A stretch of DNA of 64,000 nucleotides from an uncultured delta proteobacterium (GCA_963792965.1 CAWBYW010000004.1:32001-96000), one strand, 5' to 3'. Numbered from the stretch's first letter, positions 41,135 through 51,338 are shown. The notes: generated by a model not told the origin, from the letters alone. Program-made: numbers and translations.

Positions 41135-42451
41135 ATGAAAAAGAAAATTATCATACTCGGTGCGGCGGGAAGGGATTTCCATAACTTCAACGTCCGGTTC
41201 CGCGACAACGAATCGTATGAGGTCGTGGCGTTTACCGCAACGCAGATCCCCAATATCGAAGGACGGGTCTACCCGACGGAGCTGGCGGGAAAGCTCTATC
41301 CCAGGGGAATCCCCATCCGTCCCGAGGACGAGATGGAGCGGCTGATCGAGAAGTCAGAGATTGACGCCGCGATCTTCTCCTACAGCGACGTCCCGCACAC
41401 CTACGTGATGCACATCGCCTCGCGGGTGATTGCCGCCGGCGCCGATTTCACACTCCTGTCGGCAAAGAGCACCATGCTCAAGTCGACGAAACCGGTCATC
41501 TCGGTGACCGCCGTACGCACAGGGAGCGGCAAGAGCCAGACCACGCGAAAAGTGTGCGAGACGCTCAGGGAGATGGGAAAGCGGGTCGTGGCGGTCCGGC
41601 ACCCGATGCCCTACGGCGACCTGAAGAAGCAGATCGTCCAGCGATTTGCCGAATACAAGGACTTTGACATCCACGACATCACCATAGAGGAGCGCGAGGA
41701 GTACGAGCCGCTTGTCGAGATGGGGATCGTCGTATATGCGGGCGTCGACTATGAGAAGATACTCAGGGCGGCGGAAAAGGAGGCCGACGTGGTGGTATGG
41801 GACGGCGGCAACAACGACACGTCGTTTTTCGCATCGGACCTCTCGGTGGTGGTATTTGACCCGCACCGCGCGGGTCACGAGCTTACCTATCACCCGGGAG
41901 AGGTGAACCTGCGGCTGGCGGATGTGGCGGTGATCAATAAGGTGGACACGGCGGAAAAACAGAACATCGAGATCGTCAGGGCCAACATAGAAAGAATCAA
42001 CCCGAAGGCGCGGATCGTGTCGGCGAATTCGCCCGTGAGCATCGCCGACCCGAATGCGGTAAAGGGAAAGCGCGTGCTTGTCGTGGAAGACGGCCCGACG
42101 CTCACCCACGGCGAGATGAAATTCGGGGCGGGGGTCATCGCGGCCCGGAAATTCGGAGCATCAGAGCTCATGGATCCGAAGCCGCATGCGGTCGGCTCCA
42201 TCAAACAGGCCTTCGTAAAGTATCCCCACATCGAGAACCTCCTTCCCGCCATCGGATACGGAGAACAACAGATGAAGGATCTGGCCGCGACCATCAACGC
42301 CACCGACTGCGACGTCGTCATGCTGGCTACGCCCATAGACCTCACCAAGGTCATCACCATCAAGAGGCCGACGGTGCGCGTGCGCTACGGCTACGGGGAC
42401 GCGGGCTCGCCGACGCTCGGGCAAATCGTGAAAGAGCGATTCGGGAAGTAG
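41135..42451 (+). CDS. arcE: Arginine synthetase ArcE-like protein (cyclic 2,3-diphosphoglycerate synthetase-like P-loop family)
   Basis: GAAGRDFHNFN, FTATQIP, AVRTGSGKSQT, RHPMPYG, EEREEYE, WDGGNND, EDGPTLTHG; next to carbamate kinase. Confidence 0.82.
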   Translation: MKKKIIILGAAGRDFHNFNVRFRDNESYEVVAFTATQIPNIEGRVYPTELAGKLYPRGIPIRPEDEMERLIEKSEIDAAIFSYSDVPHTYVMHIASRVIAAGADFTLLSAKSTMLKSTKPVISVTAVRTGSGKSQTTRKVCETLREMGKRVVAVRHPMPYGDLKKQIVQRFAEYKDFDIHDITIEEREEYEPLVEMGIVVYAGVDYEKILRAAEKEADVVVWDGGNNDTSFFASDLSVVVFDPHRAGHELTYHPGEVNLRLADVAVINKVDTAEKQNIEIVRANIERINPKARIVSANSPVSIADPNAVKGKRVLVVEDGPTLTHGEMKFGAGVIAARKFGASELMDPKPHAVGSIKQAFVKYPHIENLLPAIGYGEQQMKDLAATINATDCDVVMLATPIDLTKVITIKRPTVRVRYGYGDAGSPTLGQIVKERFGK

Positions 42452-42587
42452 GGATTGTCACAGACGAGGGCGCGTGTGTGCGGCCGGGGGCGGCGAGAAC
42501 GTAGACCATAGGGACCGGGGGCGGTGGATTCACTCCCCCGGCAGGTTTTTCCCCGAGCTCTCATTGGATATGCAGGGGGAGGACGGT

Positions 42588-43550
42588 ATGAGCAGGAAAA
42601 AACGTGCCGGGACGGCGGTGGTGGCGCTGGGCGGAAACGCCATCGTCAAGGAGAAGGAAGCGGGGACCATCGCCCAGCAGTTCCGGAACACCCGGACGTC
42701 GCTGGTAGGGGTAATGGGCCTCGTTAGGGAGGGCTGGGAGCTGCTCATCACGCACGGCAACGGCCCCCAGGTGGGAAACCGCCTGATCCTCAACGAGCTT
42801 GCCCACGAGATGGTGCCGGACCTGCCGCTCGGGGTGCTCTGCGGCGACACCGAGGGGGCGATGGGCTACATGATCCAGCAGTCGATGTTCAATAAGCTCA
42901 TTTTCCACTCGATACAGAAACCGGTCGTGACGGTCATCACCCAGACGGTCGTCGATTCCGAGGACCTGTCGATGAGACACCCCACAAAGCCGGTCGGCCC
43001 GTTCTTTTTGCGCGAGGAGGCCGAGCGCCTTACGCAGGAAAAGGGGCTGCTTTTCATGGAAGACGCAGGGAGGGGCTTCAGACAGGTGGTGCCGTCGCCC
43101 TATCCGCTTAAGATCGTCGAGATCGACGTGATCCGGCGGCTCCTGGCATCCGGGGTCATCGTGGTGGCCATCGGCGGCGGGGGGATCCCCGTGGTTCTCC
43201 AGCCCGATCGGACGCTCGAGGGGATAGACTGCATCATCGACAAGGACCTCGCCTCGAGCCTTGCCGCGCGCGAGCTCGGGGCGTCCCTCTTTGTCATGGT
43301 AACCGGCGTAGACCGAGTGGCGCTCAACTACCGAAAACCAAACCAGGTGGACCTTGACAGGATGTCGGTGGACGAGGCCCGGCGCTATCAGGACGAAGGC
43401 CACTTCTTCGCGGGGAGCATGGGGCCCAAGATCAGGGCGGCCCTCGAATACTTAGAGGCGATACCGAAGGGCCGGGTCCTCATCACGTCCCCCGAGCGGC
43501 TCAAAGACGCCGTGGCGGGCGATGGGGGGACGACGATCTACCGGGAGTGA
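42588..43550 (+). CDS. arcC: Carbamate kinase
   Basis: ALGGNA, THGNGPQVG, PTKPVGPF, GGGGIPV, IDKD, GSMGPK. Confidence 0.96.
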   Translation: MSRKKRAGTAVVALGGNAIVKEKEAGTIAQQFRNTRTSLVGVMGLVREGWELLITHGNGPQVGNRLILNELAHEMVPDLPLGVLCGDTEGAMGYMIQQSMFNKLIFHSIQKPVVTVITQTVVDSEDLSMRHPTKPVGPFFLREEAERLTQEKGLLFMEDAGRGFRQVVPSPYPLKIVEIDVIRRLLASGVIVVAIGGGGIPVVLQPDRTLEGIDCIIDKDLASSLAARELGASLFVMVTGVDRVALNYRKPNQVDLDRMSVDEARRYQDEGHFFAGSMGPKIRAALEYLEAIPKGRVLITSPERLKDAVAGDGGTTIYRE

Positions 43551-43959
43551 CTCTCGCCGCTTTCTTTTCTTAGTTTCTTCTTCTTGCACGAAAGGGCGCC
43601 GCGGCTCACGGATCGGACGGCAACAGCGCCTCTCCGATCAAAGACCTGGCTCGCGCCACCACCGTGTCCGTCGCGCCGGATAACGAATAACGTCTCTCCC
43701 GAAGGGACAAACAGGTCAACGCCCTGTTCCCATCCCTCCAAGCTTTCCGCCCAAAGACAGGGATTTCTCATTAGGCCGTTGCATTCTGTTTCGCTTTGAT
43801 ATACTATTTAGCCCATCTCCAACGCCCTCCTCGTGCAGAGAATAATGACTTCACGCAACCGGCGCCTCTCACGGGGGGAGACTTCCCGCAAAATTGCCGA
43901 AGAGGTGAACCTTTTTTATCTCTCCCACCGACAAGCTTCCATAAGGAGGAAAGACGAAG

Positions 43960-45453
43960 ATGGCCATCAAGACGAAAGAGCAGTACATCCAGAGCATCAG
44001 GTCGCTCGCACGCAACGCCTTTATCCTCGGCAGCCGCGTGGATAATATCGTCGATCACCCCATGAACCGAGCGGCCGTCAATTCGATAGCCGAGAGCTTC
44101 GATATGGCCGCGGATCCGAAGACGAGGCCCGTTGCGGGGGCGGTCTCTACCCTCACCAATGAGCCGATAAATCGCTACAATGCGCTCAATTTCTCCGTTG
44201 ACGACCTGGTCAAGCGCGGCGAGATGGAGCGAATGATCGGCTACCGGACGGCCCAGGGATGTCCCCGGGCGACCGGGCTTGACGCCATCAACGCCGTCTA
44301 CAGCGTCGCGTACGATGCGGACCAGAAACATCGGACGGACTACCTTGGGCGTTTCAAGAAATGGCTCACCGCCGTCCATGACAACGACCTTGCCGTCAGC
44401 GGGGCGATGACCGATGTCAAGGGTGACCGATCAAAGCGCCCCGCCGCCCAGGACGATCCGGACATGTACCTGCACGTCATTAAGAGGACCAAGGACGGGG
44501 TCGTCGTGCGCGGGGCCAAGGCTCACCAGACCGGCGCCGTCAACTGCCACGAGCACCTGGTCATGCCGACGCGGGGCATGAGAGAGGACGAAAAAGACTA
44601 TGCGATCGCCTTCGCGGTCCCCGTCGACGCGTCCGGACTCTACCATATCTACGGCCGCCAGCCGTCCGACACCAGGAAGCTCGAGGAGGGCGCCTCCATG
44701 GACCTGGGGATGGGGAGGTTCGGTGGGTGCGAAACCCTCATGGTATTCGATGACGTCTTTATCCCGACGGAACGAATCTTCCTCTCGGGCGAGGTAGAGT
44801 TCACGTGGCCGCTCGTCAACAGGTTCGCAATCGGGCACCGCTCTTCCTACGGAGTCGCGGGGGCGGGCGTGGGTGACGTGGCAATCGGCGCAGCGGTGGC
44901 CATCGCCCAGGCAAACGGCGTCATCCACGACAAAATCATCTGGGACAAGATCGCGGACCTGATTATCATGAGCGAGACGCTCTACGGCCTGGGCCTTTCG
45001 TCCATGCTCAAGGGGAGGCCGACCCCCTCGGGGATCTATTTCGCGGACTATGTCCTGGGCGGCGTGGCCAAGTACCAGGCGACGATCATCCCCTTCCAGA
45101 TGTGCCGGATCGCACAGGATATCTGTGGAGGGCTGGTGGCAACGATGCCAAGCGAGTCGGACTTGAAGAACGAAGAGGTCGGCCCCTTCATCGAAAAATA
45201 CCTGAGGGGAGTCTCCGCCATCCCCACCGAGCACAGGATGAGGCTGGTCAGGCTGATCGAATGTATGAGCCTGGGGACCTTCTCCGCCGATCTCCTCACG
45301 ATGGGGCTCCACGGCGCCGGATCGCCTTATCCCCAGAAGATGATGGTCCTTGCGGACTACAAGGACAAGATCCCCAAGCTGGTGGCGCTTGCGATGTATC
45401 ACGCGGGGATCACCGATGAGTTTACGTATTCCGAAACCGAGGGAGGAAAATAG
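43960..45453 (+). CDS. 4-hydroxybutyryl-CoA dehydratase (AbfD)/HpaB-family flavoprotein, divergent
   Basis: GAMTDVKGDRS, DPDMYLH, RGAKAHQTG, YGRQPSDTR, FDDVFIP, HGAGSP. Confidence 0.85.
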   Translation: MAIKTKEQYIQSIRSLARNAFILGSRVDNIVDHPMNRAAVNSIAESFDMAADPKTRPVAGAVSTLTNEPINRYNALNFSVDDLVKRGEMERMIGYRTAQGCPRATGLDAINAVYSVAYDADQKHRTDYLGRFKKWLTAVHDNDLAVSGAMTDVKGDRSKRPAAQDDPDMYLHVIKRTKDGVVVRGAKAHQTGAVNCHEHLVMPTRGMREDEKDYAIAFAVPVDASGLYHIYGRQPSDTRKLEEGASMDLGMGRFGGCETLMVFDDVFIPTERIFLSGEVEFTWPLVNRFAIGHRSSYGVAGAGVGDVAIGAAVAIAQANGVIHDKIIWDKIADLIIMSETLYGLGLSSMLKGRPTPSGIYFADYVLGGVAKYQATIIPFQMCRIAQDICGGLVATMPSESDLKNEEVGPFIEKYLRGVSAIPTEHRMRLVRLIECMSLGTFSADLLTMGLHGAGSPYPQKMMVLADYKDKIPKLVALAMYHAGITDEFTYSETEGGK

Positions 45454-47244
45454 TGAAGGAAAACCTCGCCGCTCTCTTTTTCGATCAAGTCACAAAGAAG
45501 AGAGACAAGACGGCCCTCATGAGAAAAGAGGGGGGGCGCTTTGTCGGGATTTCGTGGAGCGACTACGGCCGTGCCGTCAGAAGAGCCGCCGGCGCGCTCA
45601 AACGAATGGGCGTTCAGAGGGGCGATCGGGTGGCGATCTTCAGCTACAACTCCGCCGAATGGGCCACGATGGACCTCGCCGCCCTTTCGTGCGGCGCTAT
45701 CGTCGTGCCCATATACTTCAAGAGCAGCCCGTCTCAGGTCGCCTATATCCTGAAGGATTCGGGGGCAAAGGTGATCTACGTCGGGGACGCCGCCCAGCTG
45801 GGCGCCGTGCTGCCTCAGGCAAAGGGGCTGCCGGTGCTGTCGGCGGTCATCGCTCCCGACGGGATCGTCGATGGACAGAAGGCGGGGAAGGTGAGGGTCG
45901 TTCCGTTCTCGGAAACCCAGACCGAAGAAGATGAGCGGGTCTTCGAAAAAGACCTGGCGCCGCATCTAAACGATATCGAGGCCGGGGATGTCGCCACGAT
46001 CGTCTATACCTCCGGGACAACGGGCGAGCCCAAGGGCGTGATGCTGACCCATAAGAACCTGATCGCCAACGTCCGCGCGGACATGGCCGTGGTAGAGCTC
46101 ACCGACGCCGATCTGGGCCTCTCGTTCCTCCCGACGAGCCACGTCCTGGACCGGGTGGTCGTCCACTACATGAGCGTCATCGCGGGGGGGACGATCGCGT
46201 ACGCCCAGAGCCTGGAGACGGTGCTGGCCGATGTCGCCGGCACGCATCCGACGGCGATGTGCGGGGTGCCGCGCATGTTCGAGAAGATCTATAACGCCAT
46301 TACCGACCGCGCCGAGGCGGGTCCCCCGACGGCCCGGCGTTTGTTTTTCTGGGCAGAAGACGTGGGGAGAGAGTTCGTATTGATGAGAAAGGAGAAGAAA
46401 GAGACCCGGGTTGGTGTTGAGGCTCAAATATCTGATCGCCGATCTTCTCGTCTTCTCGAAGGTCAGGAAGTTTTTCGGCGGCAGGATGCGGCTCTTCGCC
46501 TCGGGCGGCGCCCACCTCAGGGAAGACATCGACCTCTTCTTCCGCGCGGTCAAAATCCCCATCATGCACGGTTACGGGCTGACGGAGGCGACCTGCACCG
46601 TCACGCTCAACACGAAGGAGGATTTCATGCCCGAGACCCTCGGCAGGCCCCTGCCGGGCGTGGAGGTGAAGATCGCCCCGGACGGCGAGATCCTCCTCCG
46701 GGGAGACATCGTAATGAAGGGCTACTTCAACAGGCCCGAGGAGACCCGGGAGGCCCTCAGGGAGGGCTGGCTCCATACCGGGGACGTCGGACACCTCACC
46801 GGGGACGGGTATCTGGTCATGACCGACCGCAAGAAGGACATCCTCTCGACCTCGGGCGGGAAAAATATCTCCCCGCAGAAGATCGAGACGCTGCTGCTGC
46901 TGTCGCGGTTTATCGAGCAGGCGGTCATCATCGCGGACGGGAGGAGGTTCGTATCGGCGCTCATCGTCCCGAATTTCGCCGAGCTGTCGGTCTTCTGCAC
47001 AGGACGCGGCCTGAAAGTTGCCGGAAAGCGGGAGACCTGCCGGATGGGCGAGATCGAGACGCTCTTCGGCGAGATCATCGACGAAGTCAACAAGGACCTG
47101 GAGGGGTACGAGAGGATCAGGAAATTCGCCCTTTTGCCCGACGAGTTCACCGTCGATTCCGGCGACCTCACCTCCACGCTCAAGGTGAAACGGCGCGTCA
47201 TCAACGAGAAATACAGGGATATCATCGAGGGACTCTATCGGTAG
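45453..47244 (+). CDS. Long-chain fatty acid-CoA ligase, frameshifted near 46410
   Basis: YTSGTTGEPKG, GYGLTE, GWLHTGD, DRKKD, STLKVKR. Confidence 0.92.
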
Positions 47245-47428
47245 TAGAGAGAGGGGGGAGGGGGCGTGTCTGTCCCCCGTATCCGGGGGAACGGCAAAGG
47301 GCCGCCGTCACCACGTCCGGCTCAACCGACCCTTCTCTTGAGTCAGGGGTTGGGGATAATAGTAAAAAGAGAGAAAAGGGGGTCACGTATCCGTTTATCT
47401 CTTATTGCCGTTACTCTCGATCAGCGAT

Positions 47429-47482
47429 CTTACCGTGGCAATACCATTTCGCGCGGCACTTGCGCCGTTGCCGGATCTACCT
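47429..47482 (+). repeat. Repeat family A, copy 1 (about 54 bp)
   Basis: CTTACCGTGGCAATACCATTTCGCGCGGCACTTGCGCCGTTGCCGGATCTACCT; similar to 49112-49166. Confidence 0.7.
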
Positions 47483-48964
47483 GCCGCCCTCGTCTTTCGG
47501 ACAGTAACGCGGTCCCGGAGAAAATCGAAGCGCATACGCGTGGGCGCTCCCGCCTATCTTCGGCAATGATACGGTGACTCTATCACCCCGCTCCCCCTTC
47601 CAGGGAAGATCCTCGTGCCCGCCCAAGAGCGAGATCCGTGTTCCCGGATCAGCCTGAACCGAATTAATGGTAACGTCTTTTGCCGGTGTCTGGTCAAAGA
47701 CTATGGCAAAGACGTCATCCCCCTTTCTTGTGAATCGTACGAGCGAGCCCGCCACGGTAGTGCTTCGATCCGTATGCCAGGGTGACGTTCCGTATATCGC
47801 TTCGCCGTTTACGGATAGCCACTCCCCCACACCCAGAAGACGCTCCCTTTGCGGCCCGGGTATGGAGCCATCTGGTAGGGGACCGACATTCAACAGCAGG
47901 TTCCCGTTCTTGCTGACGACTTCAACGAGCAGCTCGACCAAAGAAGAGACCGACAGATAGTCCCGCTCGTCCTCCATTTGATTGTACCCGAACGAATTGC
48001 CCATGCCCCGGTTCGATTCCCATTTTTCATCGAGGATCGTATCGAGCATAACGTATTCCCTGGTAATAAAATCATGATGAAACCCCGGCGGGTCTTCGGT
48101 CCTTCCCTTTTTGATCTGATTGAGCGCATACAGGTTGGCCAGATGTCGCGCCGGTGTATAGCGAATTATCCACTGCAACGGCTTTGAATACTGCACCCAG
48201 CGGTCATTGACGACACCATCAGGCACCGCATCGTAGTAATAGGTAAAAAGCGTCCGAAGATGCCGCCCCGGTGGATATGCGATGTCACCCCACAATACAT
48301 CAGGTCGGTAACGGTCGATCAGTTCCTTCCAGTGCGAAAATTGATAACGGATATACTTTCTGCTGATCGGGCCTCCTTCGGTATAGAGCCCGGCAATATC
48401 GGTCATCGGCTTTGTGGTGAATGACTGATCGAGGGCGCTTGAATAGTAAAGCCCCATGCGCATCCCCCGCTTCCTGACGGAGTCGGTCAGCTCGCCCACG
48501 TGGTCTCTTTGGGCGTGATAGGCCGGTATGCGGTAGTTGGGGGTTTTGCTTGGCCACATGAGAAATCCATCCATGTGTTTCGTCACGAATACCGCATACC
48601 TGGCGCCGGCGCGATGAAACAGCTCGGCCCAGTCATCAGGGTTCCAGGAACGGCTCTCCTTGATAAAACGAGGTGCAAAATCGAAGTAGGAAAAGCCCTT
48701 TCCATACGTCGCTTCATGGTGACGCTGCACCGGACTCCCCGGTATCCTCATGGAATTGATGTACCACTCGGCATAGGGTATATGCGTGAAAAACGCTCTT
48801 TGTCCCTCGTTTACGAGGATTTCATTCATGTTGCCTTTGCCGGTCGGCGCGTACGCCGGGATAGAATAGAGCCCCCAGTGAATGAAGATGCCGAATTTTG
48901 CGTCATTGTACCATGTGGGGGCCGTATGGGCCTTCACACGATCACTATCCGGTATCTGCTTCAT
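47477..48964 (-). CDS. Alpha-L-fucosidase (GH29)
   Basis: WYNDAKFGIFIHWGLYS, YAEWY, VTKHMDGF, LWGD, VVNDRW, GNLLLNVGP. Confidence 0.94.
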   Translation of the reverse strand: MKQIPDSDRVKAHTAPTWYNDAKFGIFIHWGLYSIPAYAPTGKGNMNEILVNEGQRAFFTHIPYAEWYINSMRIPGSPVQRHHEATYGKGFSYFDFAPRFIKESRSWNPDDWAELFHRAGARYAVFVTKHMDGFLMWPSKTPNYRIPAYHAQRDHVGELTDSVRKRGMRMGLYYSSALDQSFTTKPMTDIAGLYTEGGPISRKYIRYQFSHWKELIDRYRPDVLWGDIAYPPGRHLRTLFTYYYDAVPDGVVNDRWVQYSKPLQWIIRYTPARHLANLYALNQIKKGRTEDPPGFHHDFITREYVMLDTILDEKWESNRGMGNSFGYNQMEDERDYLSVSSLVELLVEVVSKNGNLLLNVGPLPDGSIPGPQRERLLGVGEWLSVNGEAIYGTSPWHTDRSTTVAGSLVRFTRKGDDVFAIVFDQTPAKDVTINSVQADPGTRISLLGGHEDLPWKGERGDRVTVSLPKIGGSAHAYALRFSPGPRYCPKDEGGR

Positions 48965-48986
48965 GGCTAACCTCCACCGTGGACTA

Positions 48987-49037
48987 TAGGTCAAGAGGGA
49001 TCATAGATCAAGAGGGGTCACAGGTCAAGAGGGGTCA
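48987..49037 (+). repeat. Three tandem 17-bp repeats
   Basis: TAGGTCAAGAGGGATCA / TAGATCAAGAGGGGTCA / CAGGTCAAGAGGGGTCA. Confidence 0.9.
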
Positions 49038-49111
49038 CGTTTTTTCTTGTCACTTCGGCGGCAGGAATATACATTCCTTTACCCCATGAGCCTTTACCCT
49101 CGTTGGGCAAC

Positions 49112-49166
49112 CTTACGGTGACAATATCGTTTTCGAGCGGCGCACGTGCCGTTACCGAATCGACCT
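49112..49166 (+). repeat. Repeat family A, copy 2
   Basis: CTTACGGTGACAATATCGTTTTCGAGCGGCGCACGTGCCGTTACCGAATCGACCT. Confidence 0.7.
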
Positions 49167-49214
49167 CGCGCTCCTTTATATCGCTCTCTCCCCCCATTAA
49201 CCTTCATTTTCTTC

Positions 49215-49262
49215 TTGACAAGGCGTCCGTCGGGAGGTATCTTATTAGTTAGTTAAACTAAA
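49215..49262 (+). promoter_or_regulatory. marR promoter with putative MarR box
   Basis: TTGACA (49215) -17 bp- TATCTT (49238); GTTAGT-TAA-ACTAAA at 49248-49262. Confidence 0.7.
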
Positions 49263-49276
49263 TATATGGGCGCAGC

Positions 49277-49708
49277 ATGGAGTTCATCCATCTCCTCATA
49301 CGCATAAACGAGATCTTCCACGGCTACATAACCCGGTACAAGGAAGAGTTCATCGGAAAGAGCGACTATTCCGACGTGACGGTAAACCAGCTGATCTATC
49401 TTGAGGCGATCTTCCAGCTCGGGGATCCCACGGTGAGCCGGCTTGCCGACCATCTCAGGATATCGAAGGCCTCGGCAAGCATCGGCGTGGGAAAGCTCAT
49501 CAGGAGCGGGCTCGTGGAAAAGACTCAGTCGGCAGACGACTCCCGTGTTCACCACGTGAGTCTGTCGGGGGAGGGGAGAAAGCTCATCCAGGCCGAGGTC
49601 AAGGCGCTGGCGGCCTTCGCCGACCGGATACAGGGGTCGCTTTCCGACGACGAGATCAAACAGCTCGTCCACATATTCCAGAAGGTCGTCTCGGACAAGA
49701 GAGACTGA
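49277..49708 (+). CDS. MarR-family regulator
   Basis: TVSRLADHLRISKASAS...DDSRVHHVSLSGEG winged HTH. Confidence 0.9.
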   Translation: MEFIHLLIRINEIFHGYITRYKEEFIGKSDYSDVTVNQLIYLEAIFQLGDPTVSRLADHLRISKASASIGVGKLIRSGLVEKTQSADDSRVHHVSLSGEGRKLIQAEVKALAAFADRIQGSLSDDEIKQLVHIFQKVVSDKRD

Positions 49709-49725
49709 TTTTTTTTAAGCTATAA

Positions 49726-49740
49726 GTTAGTTAGACTAAC
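49726..49740 (+). promoter_or_regulatory. Second putative MarR box
   Basis: Perfect GTTAGT-N3-ACTAAC immediately upstream of the next gene's RBS. Confidence 0.7.
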
Positions 49741-49756
49741 AAAACAGGAGGCTATC

Positions 49757-50186
49757 ATGGACAGGAGAATTCTCTGGCTGCGCATCAGCTACTGGTGGGG
49801 GGCGATCCTCGACGGGCTCTGGGTCATCCCGATGTATTTTCCGCGACTGGGACTGGCGATCTACGGCATCACAGGCCTTACCATCGACGGCGGGCCTCAG
49901 GTTCGCGCTGGCCATCGGCGCGGCCTTGATGCTCGGCTGGACCTTTCTGCTTCTCTGGGCGGACAGAAAACCGGTGGAGCGGCGGGGGGTAATCCTGCTG
50001 ACGGTTTTCCCCGTCTGCGTGGGGCTGGATCTTGCCAATATCTATCTGTTCGTCTACGGCTACGTCACCGTGAGGAGCATGATCCCGTCCTTTATCCTGT
50101 CGTTTCTGACGCTCGCTCTCTTTATCTTCAGCTACGTGAATTCGAGGGGGCTTGGTAAAGCCGGCCCATTGACGGGCAGGCAATAG
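49757..50186 (+). CDS. Small membrane protein, frameshifted near 49900
   Basis: LRISYWWGAILDG... joins LMLGWTFLLLWADRKPVERRGVILLT; RBS AGGAGG. Confidence 0.72.
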
Positions 50187-50205
50187 GGCAGGGGATGGGT
50201 CCGAT

Positions 50206-50240
50206 GTCACCCCACAAGATGGAACCATGTGTGGGGTGAC
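50206..50240. terminator. Hairpin between convergent genes
   Basis: GTCACCCCACA...TGTGGGGTGAC, 11-bp stem. Confidence 0.55.
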
Positions 50241-50244
50241 GCTC

Positions 50245-51338
50245 TCAGCTCTTTCCCGCGTTCTTGGCCGCGACGTGGAAGCGGATGCTGAGGATATCCC
50301 CGTCCTCGACGATGTAGTCCTTCCCCTTCAGGTAGTACTTCCCGGCGTCCTTGACCCTCGCCTCGTCCTTGAGGGCGATGAGGTCGTCGTATTTCATGAC
50401 TTCGGCCCGGATGAAGCCCCGCTCGAGGTCCGAGTGGATGACGCCGGCAGCCTGTGGGGCCGATGCGCCGGTGCTTACCATCCACTGGCGCACCTCGTCG
50501 GTCCCCACGGTGAAAAACGACATGAGGTCAAGCGCCGCAAGGCAGCGCCGGGTCAGCGCGTCGACGGCGGGCTCCGCAATTCCGAGGGCCGCGAGGTACT
50601 CCCCCCGCTCGGCGTCGTCCTCCAGGCGCGCGATCTCGGCCTCGAGCTTTGCCGAGACGATCATGGTATCGATCCCGAGCGGCAGGTAGCGCTCCGTGAT
50701 GCCTCGATGTCCTTATTCTTGATGTCGCCCTCCGACACGTTGACGGCCAGGATCATCTCTTTCATCGTGATGAAGGGATAGCCGGCGAGGAGCTTCGTCT
50801 CCTCCTTGTCGAGCGTGAGGAGGCGGAGCGGCTGCTCGCCTTCCAGCTGCGACTTCAGCTTCAAAAGGACCTCGCGCTCCGCCGCGGCGGCCTTGTCGTT
50901 GGTCCTCTTGATGTTGTGCTCGATCCTCTCCAGCCGCTTTTCCACGAACAACAGGTCGTTGATGATGAGCTCGGCGTTGACCATGTCGATGTCGCGCGTG
51001 GGGTCGACCGAGCCCTCCACGTGGTAGACCGCGTCGTCGGCAAAGGCCCGAACGACGTGGCAGAGCGCGTCGGCATCACTGATGTCGGCAAAGACCTGGC
51101 CCTTTGCCATCGTCTCTTTCTCGAGCTTCGGAAGCACCTCGATGTCTATCCGCGCGCGGGTGGCCTTTTCGGGGTGGTAGAGGGAAACCAGCACGTCGAA
51201 GCGCGGGTCCTTTATCTCGGCAAGGCCCTTGATGGGCTTATTCTGCGCCAGCTCCTTCTCGGAGGGCGCGTGGTGGGTCAACAGCTCGAAGAGGGTCTTC
51301 TTGCCCGACTGGGGAAGCCCGATGATACCTACTTTCAT
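50245..51338 (-). CDS. ychF: YchF-like ATPase (DUF933/TGS C-terminus), frameshifted near 50685
   Basis: GIIGLPQSGKKT, DALCHVVRAF, FFTVGTDEVRQW, AGVIHSDLERGFIRAEV, GKDYIVEDGD. Confidence 0.9.

Noticed and set aside
43870-43930. Glycine-riboswitch-like words (GGAGA...CCGAAG) upstream of the AbfD-like gene
   Set aside because: The conserved CUCUCAGG element and supporting stems are not evident; an Rfam scan would settle it.
48005-48025. GGTTCGATTCC, resembling a tRNA T-loop
   Set aside because: It lies inside the fucosidase CDS and no cloverleaf forms around it.
48987-49037. CRISPR array
   Set aside because: The 17-bp units are contiguous with no spacers, and there are no cas genes in the window.
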